21,908 nucleotides of DNA from a virus (taxonomy: Duplodnaviria; Heunggongvirae; Uroviricota; Caudoviricetes): IMG/VR virus record IMGVR_UViG_2671180608_000003. One strand, 5' to 3'. A program made the position numbers and the translations under genes. Under the pieces are notes generated by a model. The model had not been told where the DNA came from and searched no databases. It saw only the letters and a list, made by a program, of their open reading frames with translations. Positions 21,007 to 21,908 of the stretch are shown one piece after another. Every line of letters begins with the position of its first letter. Position 1 is the first letter of the stretch.

Positions 21007-21240
21007 ATGTCAACGAAGAACAGAACCCGCAGAACAACAACCCGCAACATCCGCTTTCCTAACCAAATGATTGAACAAATTAACATCGCTCTTGTTCAAA
21101 AAGGGTCCGGGAATTTCTCAGCCTGGGTCATTGAAGCCTGCCGCCGGAGACTGTGCTCAGAAAAAAGAGTTTCGCCTGAAGCAAACAAAGAAAAGAGTGA
21201 CATTACTGAATTGCTCAGAAAACAGGTTAGACCAGATTGA
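21007..21240 (+). CDS. Small basic ribbon-helix-helix-like protein (77 aa), cos-proximal
   Basis: MSTKNRTRRTTTRNIRFPNQMIEQINIALVQKGSGNFSAWVIEACRRRL: basic N-terminus, beta-strand-like RNIRFP, helix, G-x-S/N turn, second helix, which is the RHH pattern. Weak AGGG ribosome-binding site. An equivalent ORF appears to exist next to cos in lambda, from memory. Confidence 0.55.
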   Translation: MSTKNRTRRTTTRNIRFPNQMIEQINIALVQKGSGNFSAWVIEACRRRLCSEKRVSPEANKEKSDITELLRKQVRPD

Positions 21241-21297
21241 AGCAATTTAGATAATCGTGCAGACTACGCCCCCTCATATCACATGGAAGGTACTACA

Positions 21298-21708
21298 ATG
21301 GCTCAGGTTGCCATTTTTAAACAAATATTCGATAAAGTGCGAAATAATTTAAACTATCACTGGTTTTATTCTGAACTAAAACGTCACAATGTCTCACATT
21401 ACATTTACTATTTAGCCACAGAGAATATTCATCTTGTTCTTGAAAACGATAATACGGTTTTAATAAAAGGACAGGGTAAGGTTGTAAATGTAAGATTTTC
21501 AAAAAATAAATGCCTTATAGAAGCCACCTTAAAAGGATTCAAATCAGGAGAGTTATCATTTTACGAATACAGGAAAAATCTTGCTACAGCAGGGGTTTTC
21601 AGATGGATTACAAATATCCACGAAAACAAAAGGTATTACTATACCTTTGATAATTCATTACTCTTTACTGAGAACATACAGAACACTACACAAATATTTC
21701 CGCACTAA
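21298..21708 (+). CDS. Hypothetical protein (136 aa), low-GC cargo (moron-like) gene next to cos
   Basis: Open frame 21283-21708; preferred start is ATG 21298 with GGAAGG 7 nt upstream. GC is visibly far lower than in the flanking phage genes (roughly one third versus above one half, by eye). Asn/Lys/Tyr/Ile-rich. No family recognised by eye. Confidence 0.6.
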   Translation: MAQVAIFKQIFDKVRNNLNYHWFYSELKRHNVSHYIYYLATENIHLVLENDNTVLIKGQGKVVNVRFSKNKCLIEATLKGFKSGELSFYEYRKNLATAGVFRWITNIHENKRYYYTFDNSLLFTENIQNTTQIFPH

Positions 21709-21716
21709 ATCATAAC

Positions 21717-21745
21717 GTCCGGTTTCTTCCGTGCCAGAACCGGAC
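21717..21745 (+). other. Perfect 8-bp stem hairpin (GTCCGGTT / AACCGGAC) with 13-nt loop, 9 nt after the low-GC ORF; possible transcript 3-prime structure
   Basis: Stem arms 21717-21724 and 21738-21745 are exact reverse complements. No following U-tract, so not a canonical intrinsic terminator. Confidence 0.3.
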
Positions 21746-21908
21746 TCGCTGGCATGATGAAATATGTGTACCCGGTAACCCCGGTGTGCATCGTTTTTGA
21801 TTATTCCCGCACACTCGCGCAGAAGGAGTTCCCCGTCGGGCTACGGTCTCTGTTAATACGGGAATACGGCGACGATTGGATTTGCCCCTATATTTCCAGA
21901 CATCTGTT

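Noticed and set aside
20619-21708. Calling the cos-adjacent RHH and low-GC gene pair a defence or toxin-antitoxin system
   Set aside because: Only genomic position, a plausible RHH pattern and low GC support it. There is no recognisable toxin, nuclease, ATPase or other defence signature, so it is kept as a hypothesis in the findings and not asserted as a feature.

Overview
This window is the late (head and tail morphogenesis) arm of a lambda-like siphophage, almost certainly an integrated or circularised lambdoid prophage of an enterobacterial host, lying in reverse orientation on the minus strand. Gene order, protein lengths and N-termini match phage lambda gene for gene: Nu1, A, W, B, C (with nested Nu3), D, E, FI, FII, Z, U, V, G/G-T, H, M, L, K, I, J, lom, then a short Stf-like ORF. 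The cos site is internal at about 20.6-20.8 kb, followed on the plus strand by a small ribbon-helix-helix-like ORF and a low-GC cargo gene. All lambda assignments rest on recalled lambda protein sequences and gene order, not on a database search. I do not see a multi-gene defence or other clearly novel system. The items worth a second look are a divergent in-frame 732-bp direct repeat inside J around a 120-N run, a non-lambda 12-mer at the cosN position, a J C-terminus and truncated Stf that differ from lambda, and the low-GC gene beside cos. Two N runs (2344-2463 and 15203-15218) limit what can be concluded. CDS coordinates include the stop codon.
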